DNA of 64,000 nucleotides from Sphingobacterium sp. (lineage in GTDB: Bacteria; Bacteroidota; Bacteroidia; Sphingobacteriales; Sphingobacteriaceae): NCBI GenBank assembly GCA_031277715.1, contig JAITLW010000039.1:605-64604 (forward strand), given 5' to 3'. The number at the start of each line of letters is the position of its first letter. Position 1 is the stretch's first letter. Below are positions 28,001 through 37,157 of the stretch, piece by piece. Made by a program: the position numbers and the translations under genes. A model generated the notes under the pieces. It ran no database searches and was not told where the DNA came from. It was given only the letters and a program-made list of their open reading frames with translations.

Positions 28001-29428
28001 CTAAGAAGTTTTCAATTTCTTCTGTATGTCCTGTACGTATGTTTTAAATTTCTTATCCGTTTCTATCAAGTCTTCCACGGTCTGACAAGCATAAATTACG
28101 GTAGAGTGATCTCTTCCTCCGAAGAAACTACCAATCGACTTCAAAGAAGATTTAGTATGATTTTTGGCCAGATACATCGATATTTGACGAGCCTGTACTA
28201 TCTCTCTCTTACGTACCTTAGATTTAACCATTTCTACAGGAACTTCAAAATATTCACAAACCAGTTTTTGAATATACTCCATCGATATCTCTTTGTGGGT
28301 ATTTTTCACAAAGTTCTTCAGCATCGACTTCGCCAAGTTTAGATCAATCTCCTTCTTATTTAACGTTGATTGGGCCAATAATGAAACCAGAGCGCCTTCT
28401 AGTTCACGCACACTATTGTCAATCTGTGTCGCTACGTACTCTACAACATTCTCCGGTAATTCTATACCGTCAGAGTACATTTTCTTTTTTAGAATAGCAA
28501 TTCTAGTCTCTAAATCTGGAGCTTGTATATCGGCAGACAATCCCCATTTGAAGCGGCTTAAAAGACGTTCTTCTAAGCCTGAAAGATCTTTTGGCGCTTT
28601 GTCCGAAGTCAGAATAATTTGTTTTCCTGATTGGTGTAAATGATTGAACACGTGGAAAAATATATCCTGTGTCTTTTCCTTTCCAGCAAAGTTATGGACA
28701 TCATCCATAATAATAACATCCATTGCTTGATAGAAGTTCACAAAATCATTGATTGTATTATTCTTCAGGGAATCTACAAACTGCTGACAGAATTTTTCAC
28801 AGGAAAGATATATAACTAGCTTATCCGGCAGGTTTCTCTTTATTTCATTACCGATAGCCTGTATCAGATGCGTCTTACCTAATCCCACATCTCCATACAA
28901 CATCAAAGGATTAAATGAGGTACCACCAGGTTTATTTGCCACTGCATATCCAGCTGATCTAGCTAATCGATTACATTCTCCTTCCACAAAATTCTCAAAC
29001 GTATAGTTCTGATTCAGCTGCGGGTCAACCTGCAACTTCTTTAGTCCAGGTATGACAAATGGATTCTTAATATTTTTATTTAGAGCGACAGGAACAGGGA
29101 TAGATTGTCTCTTAGCTTCAGCCCCGTTGCCATTCGAAGGCAGATTTGTCGTATAAGGTATATTAGTAGAAGATTTCTCTACTACGATATTATACTCCAA
29201 CCTTCCTTGCTCGCCTAAAAATTTCTTTACAGTCTTACGAAGAATACCCACATAGTGCTCTTCCAGCCACTCATAAAAAAACAAACTCGGTACTTGAATA
29301 GTTAAAACGTTTCCCTCCAAACGAATAGCCTTCACAGGCTCGAACCATGTCTTGAAACTCTGCGCCGGAATGTTATCTTTTATGACCTGAAGACAATTAT
29401 TCCAAACACCTGTATACGTTTTTTCCAT
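28001..29428 (-). CDS. dnaA: Chromosomal replication initiator DnaA
   Basis: YTFENFV, GDVGLGKTHL, RLLSRFKWGL, RELEGAL, GGRDHSTVIYA. Confidence 0.99.
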   Translation of the reverse strand: MEKTYTGVWNNCLQVIKDNIPAQSFKTWFEPVKAIRLEGNVLTIQVPSLFFYEWLEEHYVGILRKTVKKFLGEQGRLEYNIVVEKSSTNIPYTTNLPSNGNGAEAKRQSIPVPVALNKNIKNPFVIPGLKKLQVDPQLNQNYTFENFVEGECNRLARSAGYAVANKPGGTSFNPLMLYGDVGLGKTHLIQAIGNEIKRNLPDKLVIYLSCEKFCQQFVDSLKNNTINDFVNFYQAMDVIIMDDVHNFAGKEKTQDIFFHVFNHLHQSGKQIILTSDKAPKDLSGLEERLLSRFKWGLSADIQAPDLETRIAILKKKMYSDGIELPENVVEYVATQIDNSVRELEGALVSLLAQSTLNKKEIDLNLAKSMLKNFVKNTHKEISMEYIQKLVCEYFEVPVEMVKSKVRKREIVQARQISMYLAKNHTKSSLKSIGSFFGGRDHSTVIYACQTVEDLIETDKKFKTYVQDIQKKLKTS

Positions 29429-29619
29429 TCTTAAATTGTTAATAACTTGATAACCAATTAATGATAAAATAATTGTTTATAACTTTCGCTCTCAACGAAG
29501 ATGACAAAAATTTCTGAGGTAAAAAAATCAAAAACCAAAAAAAACAATAACAACTGAAATACAATAACTTACATGTTTTTTAGAGTAATTTTAACACTAA
29601 TCTTCATGTCAAATTATAC

Positions 29620-29741
29620 TTTTCCACACGGGTATCTCTTAGCAAGAATAGATTGCTATTTTTGAAAAAAAATGGATTGCAGGTTGAAAATTGTGGAAAA
29701 CTTTGTGCCTCAATAATTAGTTCTTTTCTCTCATATCCACA
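29620..29741. promoter_or_regulatory. DnaA boxes upstream of dnaA (probable autoregulation)
   Basis: TTTTCCACA 29620-29628, TGTGGAAAA 29692-29700, ATATCCACA 29733-29741. Confidence 0.65.
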
Positions 29742-29749
29742 GCAAAAAA

Positions 29750-29773
29750 TAAGCCACAAATACTTGTGGCTTA
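29750..29773 (-). terminator. Intrinsic terminator after dxs
   Basis: TAAGCCACAA-ATAC-TTGTGGCTTA with a T-run on the minus strand. Confidence 0.7.
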
Positions 29774-29811
29774 ATCAATTTTGAAAATATATTTTTAGTT
29801 TCCCTTATAGG

Positions 29812-31740
29812 TTAACTGACCATCGTCTTTGTAGGTTGCGATTGCATTAGTTTTCTACACACTTCTATCACCGCGTTGGCATCATAATTACACAGTCTCC
29901 AGAGTTCTGGTTGCTCACCATGATCCACAATCTCATCAGGAATACCTAATCGTACAAGATTTGCAGTGTATTTATGATCAGCCATAAATTCAAGCACAGC
30001 CGAACCAAACCCTCCTGGCAGCACCCCGTCTTCTATAGTAATGACTTTCTTAAACTTTTTAAATACTTCGTGCAGTAGATCCTCGTCAATTGGTTTCACG
30101 AACCGAATATCATAATGAGCAGGGTATATTCCCTCTTCATTCAAAATATGAAAAGCCTTTGAGACCTCATTACCTACATGTCCTAAACTAATAACAGCTA
30201 CTTCTTCACCATCCACAAGCTTACGGCCTTTACCTATCTCCAAAGCCCTAAAAGGACGCTTCCAATCCGGCATTACTCCCGATCCACGCGGATATCGGAT
30301 GACAAATGGGCCCATATCCTCCAATTGAGCCGTATACATCATATTACGCAACTCCTCTTCATTCATTGGTGCGGCTATAGTCATATTAGGAATACAACGC
30401 ATAAACGCGACATCATATGCCCCATGATGCGTTGGTCCATCAGCTCCTACCAATCCAGCTCTATCTAGGCAGAATACAACATTTAGATTCTGTAAAGCCA
30501 CGTCATGTATCACTTGATCATAGGCACGCTGCATAAACGAAGAGTAAATATTACAAAACGGTACTAATCCCTGCGTTGCCAAACCTGCACTAAAAGTTAC
30601 TGCGTGTTGTTCTGCTATCCCCACATCAAATGCCCTATCTGGCATGGCATTCATCATGATATTCATGGAGGATCCACTCGGCATGGCAGGCGTAATTCCC
30701 ATAATTCGGGTATTGCTTTCGGCAAGTTCAACCAAAGTGTGTCCAAATACATCTTGATACTTCGGTGGCTGAGGCTTATCATGCGTACTCTTCTTAATCT
30801 CACCGGTTATTTTATCAAATAATCCAGGAGCATGCCATTTAGTCTGATCTTTCTCTGCTAGAGAATACCCTTTTCCCTTCATTGTAACTACATGTAACAA
30901 CTTAGGTCCATTGATATGCTTCAAATCTTCTAGTGTCTTCACTAGCTTATTGACATCATGTCCATCAACTGGTCCGAAATACCTAAAATTAAGTGATTCG
31001 AATAAATTAGAATTTTTTAATAATGTTCCCTTAATACTTTGCTCCAATTTTTTAGCCCATCCATATGCGTCAGGACCATTCTTAGAAATCTTAGCCAATA
31101 CAGCAATAAGGTCATCACGAAATCTATTATAGCTTTTAGAAGTCGTAATACTTGTTAAGTATTCCTTCATCGCCCCCACATTGGGGTCAATGGACATACA
31201 GTTATCGTTCAATATCACCAATAGGTTCGATTTCTCAATACCAGCATGATTTAATGCCTCAAAAGCCATTCCCCCTGTCAATGCTCCATCACCAATTATA
31301 GCTACGTGCTGCCTATCAGTTTCCCCTTTATAAGCTGATGCCACGGCCATCCCTAACGCGGCAGAAATAGACGTTGAAGAGTGTCCTACCCCAAAAGCAT
31401 CATATTCACTTTCGCTACGTTTAGGAAATCCTGATATCCCGCCCAAAATACGATTCGTATGAAATGAATCCCGTCGGCCTGTCAATATCTTATGTCCATA
31501 AGCTTGATGTCCCACATCAAATATAATCTGGTCATATGGCGTATTCAATACATAATGTAATGCTACAGTCAGTTCGACCACGCCCAAGCTAGCCGCAAAG
31601 TGCCCTCCATTGACAGAAACAATATCAATAATATACTGTCTGAGCTCTTTACATACTTCTTCCAATTCACTATCTTTTAGATTACGTAAATCAGACGGAA
31701 ATTGAATTCCTTTTAAAAGTGCTCCTGCTTCTACCTGCAT
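29812..31740 (-). CDS. dxs: 1-deoxy-D-xylulose-5-phosphate synthase
   Basis: DVGHQAYGHK, GDGALTGG..NDN TPP motif, GIAEQHA, DRAG, RYPRG. Confidence 0.98.
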   Translation of the reverse strand: MQVEAGALLKGIQFPSDLRNLKDSELEEVCKELRQYIIDIVSVNGGHFAASLGVVELTVALHYVLNTPYDQIIFDVGHQAYGHKILTGRRDSFHTNRILGGISGFPKRSESEYDAFGVGHSSTSISAALGMAVASAYKGETDRQHVAIIGDGALTGGMAFEALNHAGIEKSNLLVILNDNCMSIDPNVGAMKEYLTSITTSKSYNRFRDDLIAVLAKISKNGPDAYGWAKKLEQSIKGTLLKNSNLFESLNFRYFGPVDGHDVNKLVKTLEDLKHINGPKLLHVVTMKGKGYSLAEKDQTKWHAPGLFDKITGEIKKSTHDKPQPPKYQDVFGHTLVELAESNTRIMGITPAMPSGSSMNIMMNAMPDRAFDVGIAEQHAVTFSAGLATQGLVPFCNIYSSFMQRAYDQVIHDVALQNLNVVFCLDRAGLVGADGPTHHGAYDVAFMRCIPNMTIAAPMNEEELRNMMYTAQLEDMGPFVIRYPRGSGVMPDWKRPFRALEIGKGRKLVDGEEVAVISLGHVGNEVSKAFHILNEEGIYPAHYDIRFVKPIDEDLLHEVFKKFKKVITIEDGVLPGGFGSAVLEFMADHKYTANLVRLGIPDEIVDHGEQPELWRLCNYDANAVIEVCRKLMQSQPTKTMVS

Positions 31741-31894
31741 ACCAAAAAAATTTCAAAATAAGATACAAAGTAACAATTAATTCCATAAACTATCTACAAT
31801 TATTTAGAGAATTAGTTTTGTCCGTAAAATATACCAGAGATGTTTTTCTAAAACATAAATATTAACTTTCAAATGTCTATTTTTGAGATTGTAT

Positions 31895-32677
31895 ATGGAT
31901 ACGACAAACTACGAAATAAAACTGGAACAATTTGAAGGTCCCTTTGACCTTTTATTGTTCTTTATCGAACGCGATGAATTGAACATCCACGATATCCCTA
32001 TTTCTAGAATTACAGATGACTTTTTGGATTATATCCAGAAGATGCAATCCTTAAATATAGAATTAGCTTCCGAATTCATTTTCGTTGCCTCGACCCTGAT
32101 GCGTATCAAGGCGAAAATGTTACTTCCTCGTCCTGATTTAGATGGAAACGAAAATGAAGTAGATCTAAAGGAACAACTTGTTCAGAAACTTATCCTCTAC
32201 AAACAATTCAAGGATGTCTGCGAATCGTTAAAAGTTTTGGAAACGGACCGCGAAAAATTACACCATCGCGCCAATATTGCCTATGACCTAAAACACACCC
32301 AGCGACAGACAACCGAAGAAGAACTTGCATCTTTCGATTTATACAAACTGATGATGGTATATGAAAAGATGATGTTTCATTTTACCCACAGGGTAATGCC
32401 TGTGACACATACCGTTGTCAAATTTCCTTATACAATCGAACAGCAAAAGAAAGCTATAGCTGAACTCATTGAGCTGAATAAGAAACTGGATTTCCAACAT
32501 ATCCTCAAACACTCGGAGAATAGAGTACAGTTTGTTTTTAATTTCTTAGCTATATTAGAAATGTTGCAACAAAAACTATTAGAGATAGAGATTGGTGCAG
32601 GCTATAATAGCTTTTCTATAGAAAGGAAAGATCCAAATGCTATCGATCAAGTCATCGAAGAGGAGGAAGCTAATTAG
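31895..32677 (+). CDS. scpA: Segregation and condensation protein A (kleisin)
   Basis: FEGPFDLLL, IKAKMLLP, FLAILEM; ATG at 31895. Confidence 0.92.
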   Translation: MDTTNYEIKLEQFEGPFDLLLFFIERDELNIHDIPISRITDDFLDYIQKMQSLNIELASEFIFVASTLMRIKAKMLLPRPDLDGNENEVDLKEQLVQKLILYKQFKDVCESLKVLETDREKLHHRANIAYDLKHTQRQTTEEELASFDLYKLMMVYEKMMFHFTHRVMPVTHTVVKFPYTIEQQKKAIAELIELNKKLDFQHILKHSENRVQFVFNFLAILEMLQQKLLEIEIGAGYNSFSIERKDPNAIDQVIEEEEAN

Positions 32678-33381
32678 CCTCTCTTCAGATTATCCAATAC
32701 CTCTTTCAAATAAGTAAACTGATCTTGTGCCGGAATTGATTTTATAGTTCGTAAAGACTTTATACCTTCTTTCAAGGCACGAACAGATTTATTTTCGAAG
32801 CTTCCAATCAGTACATCCAATTCTTTCCTATCCAGAATACCATCTACAAGCCCTAGATTTCGAGCCCGTTCAAAATCAAAATATCCTGTATCCAGACATA
32901 ACTGTAATACCTGCTTTTCGGACATGATCTTCAATAAGCTAGCCATCACCTGAAACGGAAATATACCAAGGTCCAACTCCGGTAATCTAAACTTCACTTC
33001 CGGAGTAGCAAATACATAAGTACACCCCAAGGCTATCAAAAAACCTCCCGCGATTACATTTCCTTCCACAATAGCTATCGAAGGTTTATACAACCTCTCA
33101 AATACCTCGCCCAAGGATATATTTTTATTTATAATGGTAGGATTTACTTCATCCAGTCCGGCATCTTCAAAAGTCTTTAAATCCATCCCTGCACAAAAAA
33201 CAGGTCCTTCAGCTTCGATGAGTACCACTTTAATAGCATCGTCTACATTGACCTTTTGAAATACGTGATTTATTTCATTGACCATAGTAGGAGTAAATGC
33301 ATTTCGCTTCTCCGCTCTGGCCAACACCACTTTACAGATATAACGGTCTATTTCAACTTTTATATACTTATATAGCCCCAT
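32674..33381 (-). CDS. Enoyl-CoA hydratase/isomerase (methylglutaconyl-CoA hydratase-like by context)
   Basis: EKRNAF, FCAGMDL, AGGF, LPELDLGIFP crotonase motifs. Confidence 0.85.
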   Translation of the reverse strand: MGLYKYIKVEIDRYICKVVLARAEKRNAFTPTMVNEINHVFQKVNVDDAIKVVLIEAEGPVFCAGMDLKTFEDAGLDEVNPTIINKNISLGEVFERLYKPSIAIVEGNVIAGGFLIALGCTYVFATPEVKFRLPELDLGIFPFQVMASLLKIMSEKQVLQLCLDTGYFDFERARNLGLVDGILDRKELDVLIGSFENKSVRALKEGIKSLRTIKSIPAQDQFTYLKEVLDNLKRG

Positions 33382-34222
33382 GTCTAATCATAGTTTGAAA
33401 CGCATCCATAAGCTTCACATGCTGCTCTACATTTCCTTTTTCAAATCTATCCAACAATAATTCCATAGGAATATTACCTACCAGATCGTCCTTTGCAAAT
33501 GGGCAGCCACCATACCCTAAAAATGCTCCTTCAAAACGTCTACATCCAGCGTTATATCCTGCTTCAACCTTTAATAGCGCCTCTTCAACCCGTGCATGCA
33601 AATGAAGGCTCAAATCAGTATTAGGAAATTCCTTAGCAACCAGTTTATACAAGCTAGAAATTGCATCCGCAGAAGCTTCCGAAGTCGTATCAGCTATAGA
33701 AAAACGTTTTATTCCCAGCGTTGATAGACGATCCATCCATTCTATAACTAAATCTTCATGCCACAGATCGCCATAAGGGTTTCCAAATGCCATAGAGATA
33801 TAGACCACAAGTTCCTGTTTATTCCCCTGTATCAAATCACAGATACCTTTCACACGCTCAAAAGACTCGTCAACAGAAGAGTTAGCATTGCGTTGCTGAA
33901 ATGTTTCCGAAATAGAAAATGGATATCCCAAATAATCAATCTTCTCTAATACAGAAGCCGCTTGTGCCCCCCTTTCATTCGCTACTATTGCCAACAATTT
34001 GGTCTTTCCTTTTTCCAATCCCTCCAATACTTCAACGGTATCCGCTAGTTGAGGTACAGCCTTTGGCGAGACAAAGCTTCCAAAATCAATATAATCGAAT
34101 AGTCCAGAAGCTAACAATTCATTGATATAGGTGATCTTTTTTCCCGTAGGAATAAAATCACCTATACCTTGTATTGCGTCTCTAGGACATTCTACAAGTT
34201 GTATTTCTGAACTATTTAACAT
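33368..34222 (-). CDS. Hydroxymethylglutaryl-CoA lyase
   Basis: ECPRDAIQG, SFVSPKAVPQLAD, HLH, GGCPFA, GNI. Confidence 0.92.
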   Translation of the reverse strand: MLNSSEIQLVECPRDAIQGIGDFIPTGKKITYINELLASGLFDYIDFGSFVSPKAVPQLADTVEVLEGLEKGKTKLLAIVANERGAQAASVLEKIDYLGYPFSISETFQQRNANSSVDESFERVKGICDLIQGNKQELVVYISMAFGNPYGDLWHEDLVIEWMDRLSTLGIKRFSIADTTSEASADAISSLYKLVAKEFPNTDLSLHLHARVEEALLKVEAGYNAGCRRFEGAFLGYGGCPFAKDDLVGNIPMELLLDRFEKGNVEQHVKLMDAFQTMIRHGAI

Positions 34223-35363
34223 CTTTTCTTATTTCGCGTGCGATTACCATTTTCTGTATTGCACTAGTTCCTTCACCGATTGTACACAACTTGGCATCGC
34301 GGAAGAACTTTTCAGCAGGAAAATCCTTAGTAAATCCATAGCCACCATGTATCTGTACAGATTCATTACTAGCCTCGACAGCGACTTCCGATGCATAGAG
34401 CTTAGCCATAGCACCTTCTTTCGTCACTTTTTGATTCGTATCTTTCAAATAACCAGCCTGTCTGATTAATAGCTCCGAAGCTTCAATCTTAGTTGCCATA
34501 TCGGCTAATTTAAATGAAACATCCTGAAAATCAAATATTTTTTGATTAAACTGTTCCCTCTCATTCGAATATTGCAACGCACATTCGTAAGCACCGCGCG
34601 CAATTCCCAAAGACAATGCAGCGATAGAAATACGGCCTCCGTCCAGCAACTTTAGTGCCTGTACAAAACCATTGCCTACTTCTCCTATGACCTGATCTTT
34701 GTGAACTCTACAATTATCAAAGAATAAACTAGCTGTCTCCGATGCCCGCATTCCCAATTTATCAATCTTCTTACCAGCAGTAAATCCAGGTGTTCCTTTT
34801 TCAATAATAAAAGCAGTCATCCCATGTTTATCGCCCTTCTCACCGGTACGGACAATAACTACGGCTACATCTGCGCTTATGGCATGTGTAATAAAAATTT
34901 TAGAACCATTTATTACCCAGTAATCACCATCTTGAACAGCCACAGTAGTCATTCCTCCGGCATCCGATCCCGAACCTGTTTCTGTCAACCCCCAAGCACC
35001 AATCCATTCAGCAGTCGCTAATTTGGGTAAATATTTTTCTTTTTGCTGCTCGCTGGCAAAGGAAAGAATATGATTTGTACACAACGAATTATGAGCTGCT
35101 ACAGAAAGACCTATGGAACCACATACCTTAGATATTTCATCCAATATTGTTATGTATTCCTGATAAGTAAGTCCGGCCCCATGATATTTTTCCGGAACCA
35201 AAATTCCCATGAAACCATAGTCACCCATTTTTTTAAAAAGCTCTACAGGAAAATATTGCTTTTCATCCCACTCCATCACAAAAGGTTTGATGTGCGTTTT
35301 TGCAAATTCACGTGCGCTCTCACGTATCATTACCATTTGCTCGGTATCCTTCGCATTATACAT
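34212..35363 (-). CDS. Acyl-CoA dehydrogenase
   Basis: LTETGSGSDA, NGSKIFIT, KLGMRAS, QIHGGYG, IGEGTSAIQ. Confidence 0.95.
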   Translation of the reverse strand: MYNAKDTEQMVMIRESAREFAKTHIKPFVMEWDEKQYFPVELFKKMGDYGFMGILVPEKYHGAGLTYQEYITILDEISKVCGSIGLSVAAHNSLCTNHILSFASEQQKEKYLPKLATAEWIGAWGLTETGSGSDAGGMTTVAVQDGDYWVINGSKIFITHAISADVAVVIVRTGEKGDKHGMTAFIIEKGTPGFTAGKKIDKLGMRASETASLFFDNCRVHKDQVIGEVGNGFVQALKLLDGGRISIAALSLGIARGAYECALQYSNEREQFNQKIFDFQDVSFKLADMATKIEASELLIRQAGYLKDTNQKVTKEGAMAKLYASEVAVEASNESVQIHGGYGFTKDFPAEKFFRDAKLCTIGEGTSAIQKMVIAREIRKDVK

Positions 35364-35500
35364 AATGAAATTTTACTTATGTTTATATTCAGTTTATAAT
35401 TATTATTACAAATATCAAAAAAAACAAATAATATTTTACGATATTTATAAAAATAATTCAAACGACCTTTTGTAAATATTAAATTAATAATCCATAACAT

Positions 35501-37108
35501 ATGGAAAACCTTCTTGAAATACTAAAAGAAAAAACCGAAAAACTTTACTTAGGAGGCGGTTTAGACAAAATTCAAAAACACAAGGAAAAAGGAAAACTTA
35601 CCGCTTGGGAACGTATAAAATACCTACTGGATCCCAATAGCCCTTATACAGAAATAGGAGCTTTTGCAGGAGACAATATGTATCCCAATGATGGGGGCTG
35701 CCCGAACGGAGGTGTAGCCATTGTCATGGGATACGTACAGAAAAGATTATGTATTATTGTTTCCAATGATGCTACCGTAAAAGCGGGGGCGTGGTTTCCG
35801 ATTACAGGAAAAAAGAACCTAAGAGCACAAGAGATCGCAATGGAAAACCACCTACCTATTATTTATTTAGTAGACTCGGCAGGCGTATATCTTCCTATGC
35901 AAGATGAAATATTTCCAGACAAAGAACATTTTGGTCGAATTTTTAGAAACAACGCAAAGATTTCTGCTATGGGTATTCCACAGATATCCGCCATTATGGG
36001 GTCATGCGTAGCAGGTGGTGCTTATCTCCCTATTATGTCAGACTATGCACTTATTGTAGAGGGCACAGGCTCCGTTTTTCTAGCCGGTTCTTACCTTGTT
36101 AGATCGTCTATAGGCGAAGTGATCGATAACGAAAGCCTGGGAGGTGCCACTACACATTCTGAAATATCAGGCGTAACGGATAATAAATATCCAAACGATG
36201 AAAGCTGTTTAGATGCCATCAAAAATATAGTGAATAAGTTTGGGGATACACCGAAAGCAGGATTTTCGAGAATAGAATCCCAGTTACCTTTGTTACCTAC
36301 AGATGCCGTATATAAAAATCTTCCCGAAGACAGACTCAAGCCCTATAATATGCTTCAGTTACTGGATTCTATAGTAGATAAAGATTCCCTTGAAGAATAT
36401 AAAAAAGATTATGGCAAGACCATAATCTGTGCCTTAGCCCGAATAGATGGCTGGGCAGTAGGTATAGTTGCCAATCAAAGAGAAGTCGTCAAGGCAAAGA
36501 AACCGGGAGGTACCCAAGAAATGCAGATGGGAGGCGTCATCTACTCTGATTCTGCAGATAAATCGGCTAGATTCATCATGAACTGCAACCAGCAGAAGAT
36601 TCCTTTAGTTTTCTTCCAGGATGTAACAGGCTTTATGGTAGGTTCCAGATCGGAGCAGGGAGGAATCATAAAAGATGGAGCAAAGATGGTAAATGCCATG
36701 GCCAACTCCGTCGTTCCAAAATTTACCTTTATAGTCGGAAATAGTTATGGAGCTGGCAACTATGCGATGTGTGGAAAAGCCTATGACCCAAGATTGATAT
36801 ACGCCTGGCCGACTGCCCAAATGGCTGTTATGAGTGGAGCTTCAGCAGGTAAGACGCTACTACAGATTCAAGAAGCAACCTTAAAAGGGAAGGGCGTACA
36901 ACTATCCGAAAACGAAAAAAACAAATTACTTTCGGAGATAGAGCAAAAATATAATGAACAATTAAGTCCCTATTACGCGGCGGCTCGACTTTGGGTAGAT
37001 GGCGTCATAGACCCTAAAGAAACCAGAAAAATTATCAGTATGGGCATTGAGGCTGCAAACCACAACCCCGATATACCAAAATATAACGTAGGTGTTATAC
37101 AGACCTAA
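35501..37108 (+). CDS. Acyl-CoA carboxylase carboxyltransferase subunit (methylcrotonyl-CoA carboxylase beta-like)
   Basis: GKLTAWERI, NDATVKAG, GSCVAGGAY, GAGNYAMCG. Confidence 0.93.
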   Translation: MENLLEILKEKTEKLYLGGGLDKIQKHKEKGKLTAWERIKYLLDPNSPYTEIGAFAGDNMYPNDGGCPNGGVAIVMGYVQKRLCIIVSNDATVKAGAWFPITGKKNLRAQEIAMENHLPIIYLVDSAGVYLPMQDEIFPDKEHFGRIFRNNAKISAMGIPQISAIMGSCVAGGAYLPIMSDYALIVEGTGSVFLAGSYLVRSSIGEVIDNESLGGATTHSEISGVTDNKYPNDESCLDAIKNIVNKFGDTPKAGFSRIESQLPLLPTDAVYKNLPEDRLKPYNMLQLLDSIVDKDSLEEYKKDYGKTIICALARIDGWAVGIVANQREVVKAKKPGGTQEMQMGGVIYSDSADKSARFIMNCNQQKIPLVFFQDVTGFMVGSRSEQGGIIKDGAKMVNAMANSVVPKFTFIVGNSYGAGNYAMCGKAYDPRLIYAWPTAQMAVMSGASAGKTLLQIQEATLKGKGVQLSENEKNKLLSEIEQKYNEQLSPYYAAARLWVDGVIDPKETRKIISMGIEAANHNPDIPKYNVGVIQT

Positions 37109-37115
37109 TAAAATA

Positions 37116-37150
37116 GGCTATTTAGGGCTGATTTTAAGTCCTAAATAGCC
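37116..37150. terminator. Hairpin between convergent genes
   Basis: GGCTATTTAGGGCT-N7-AGTCCTAAATAGCC. Confidence 0.75.
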
Positions 37151-37157
37151 CTATAAT

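Noticed and set aside
29429-29811. oriC directly upstream of dnaA
   Set aside because: Only three scattered boxes, no tandem box-trio module, and strand composition does not appear to switch here
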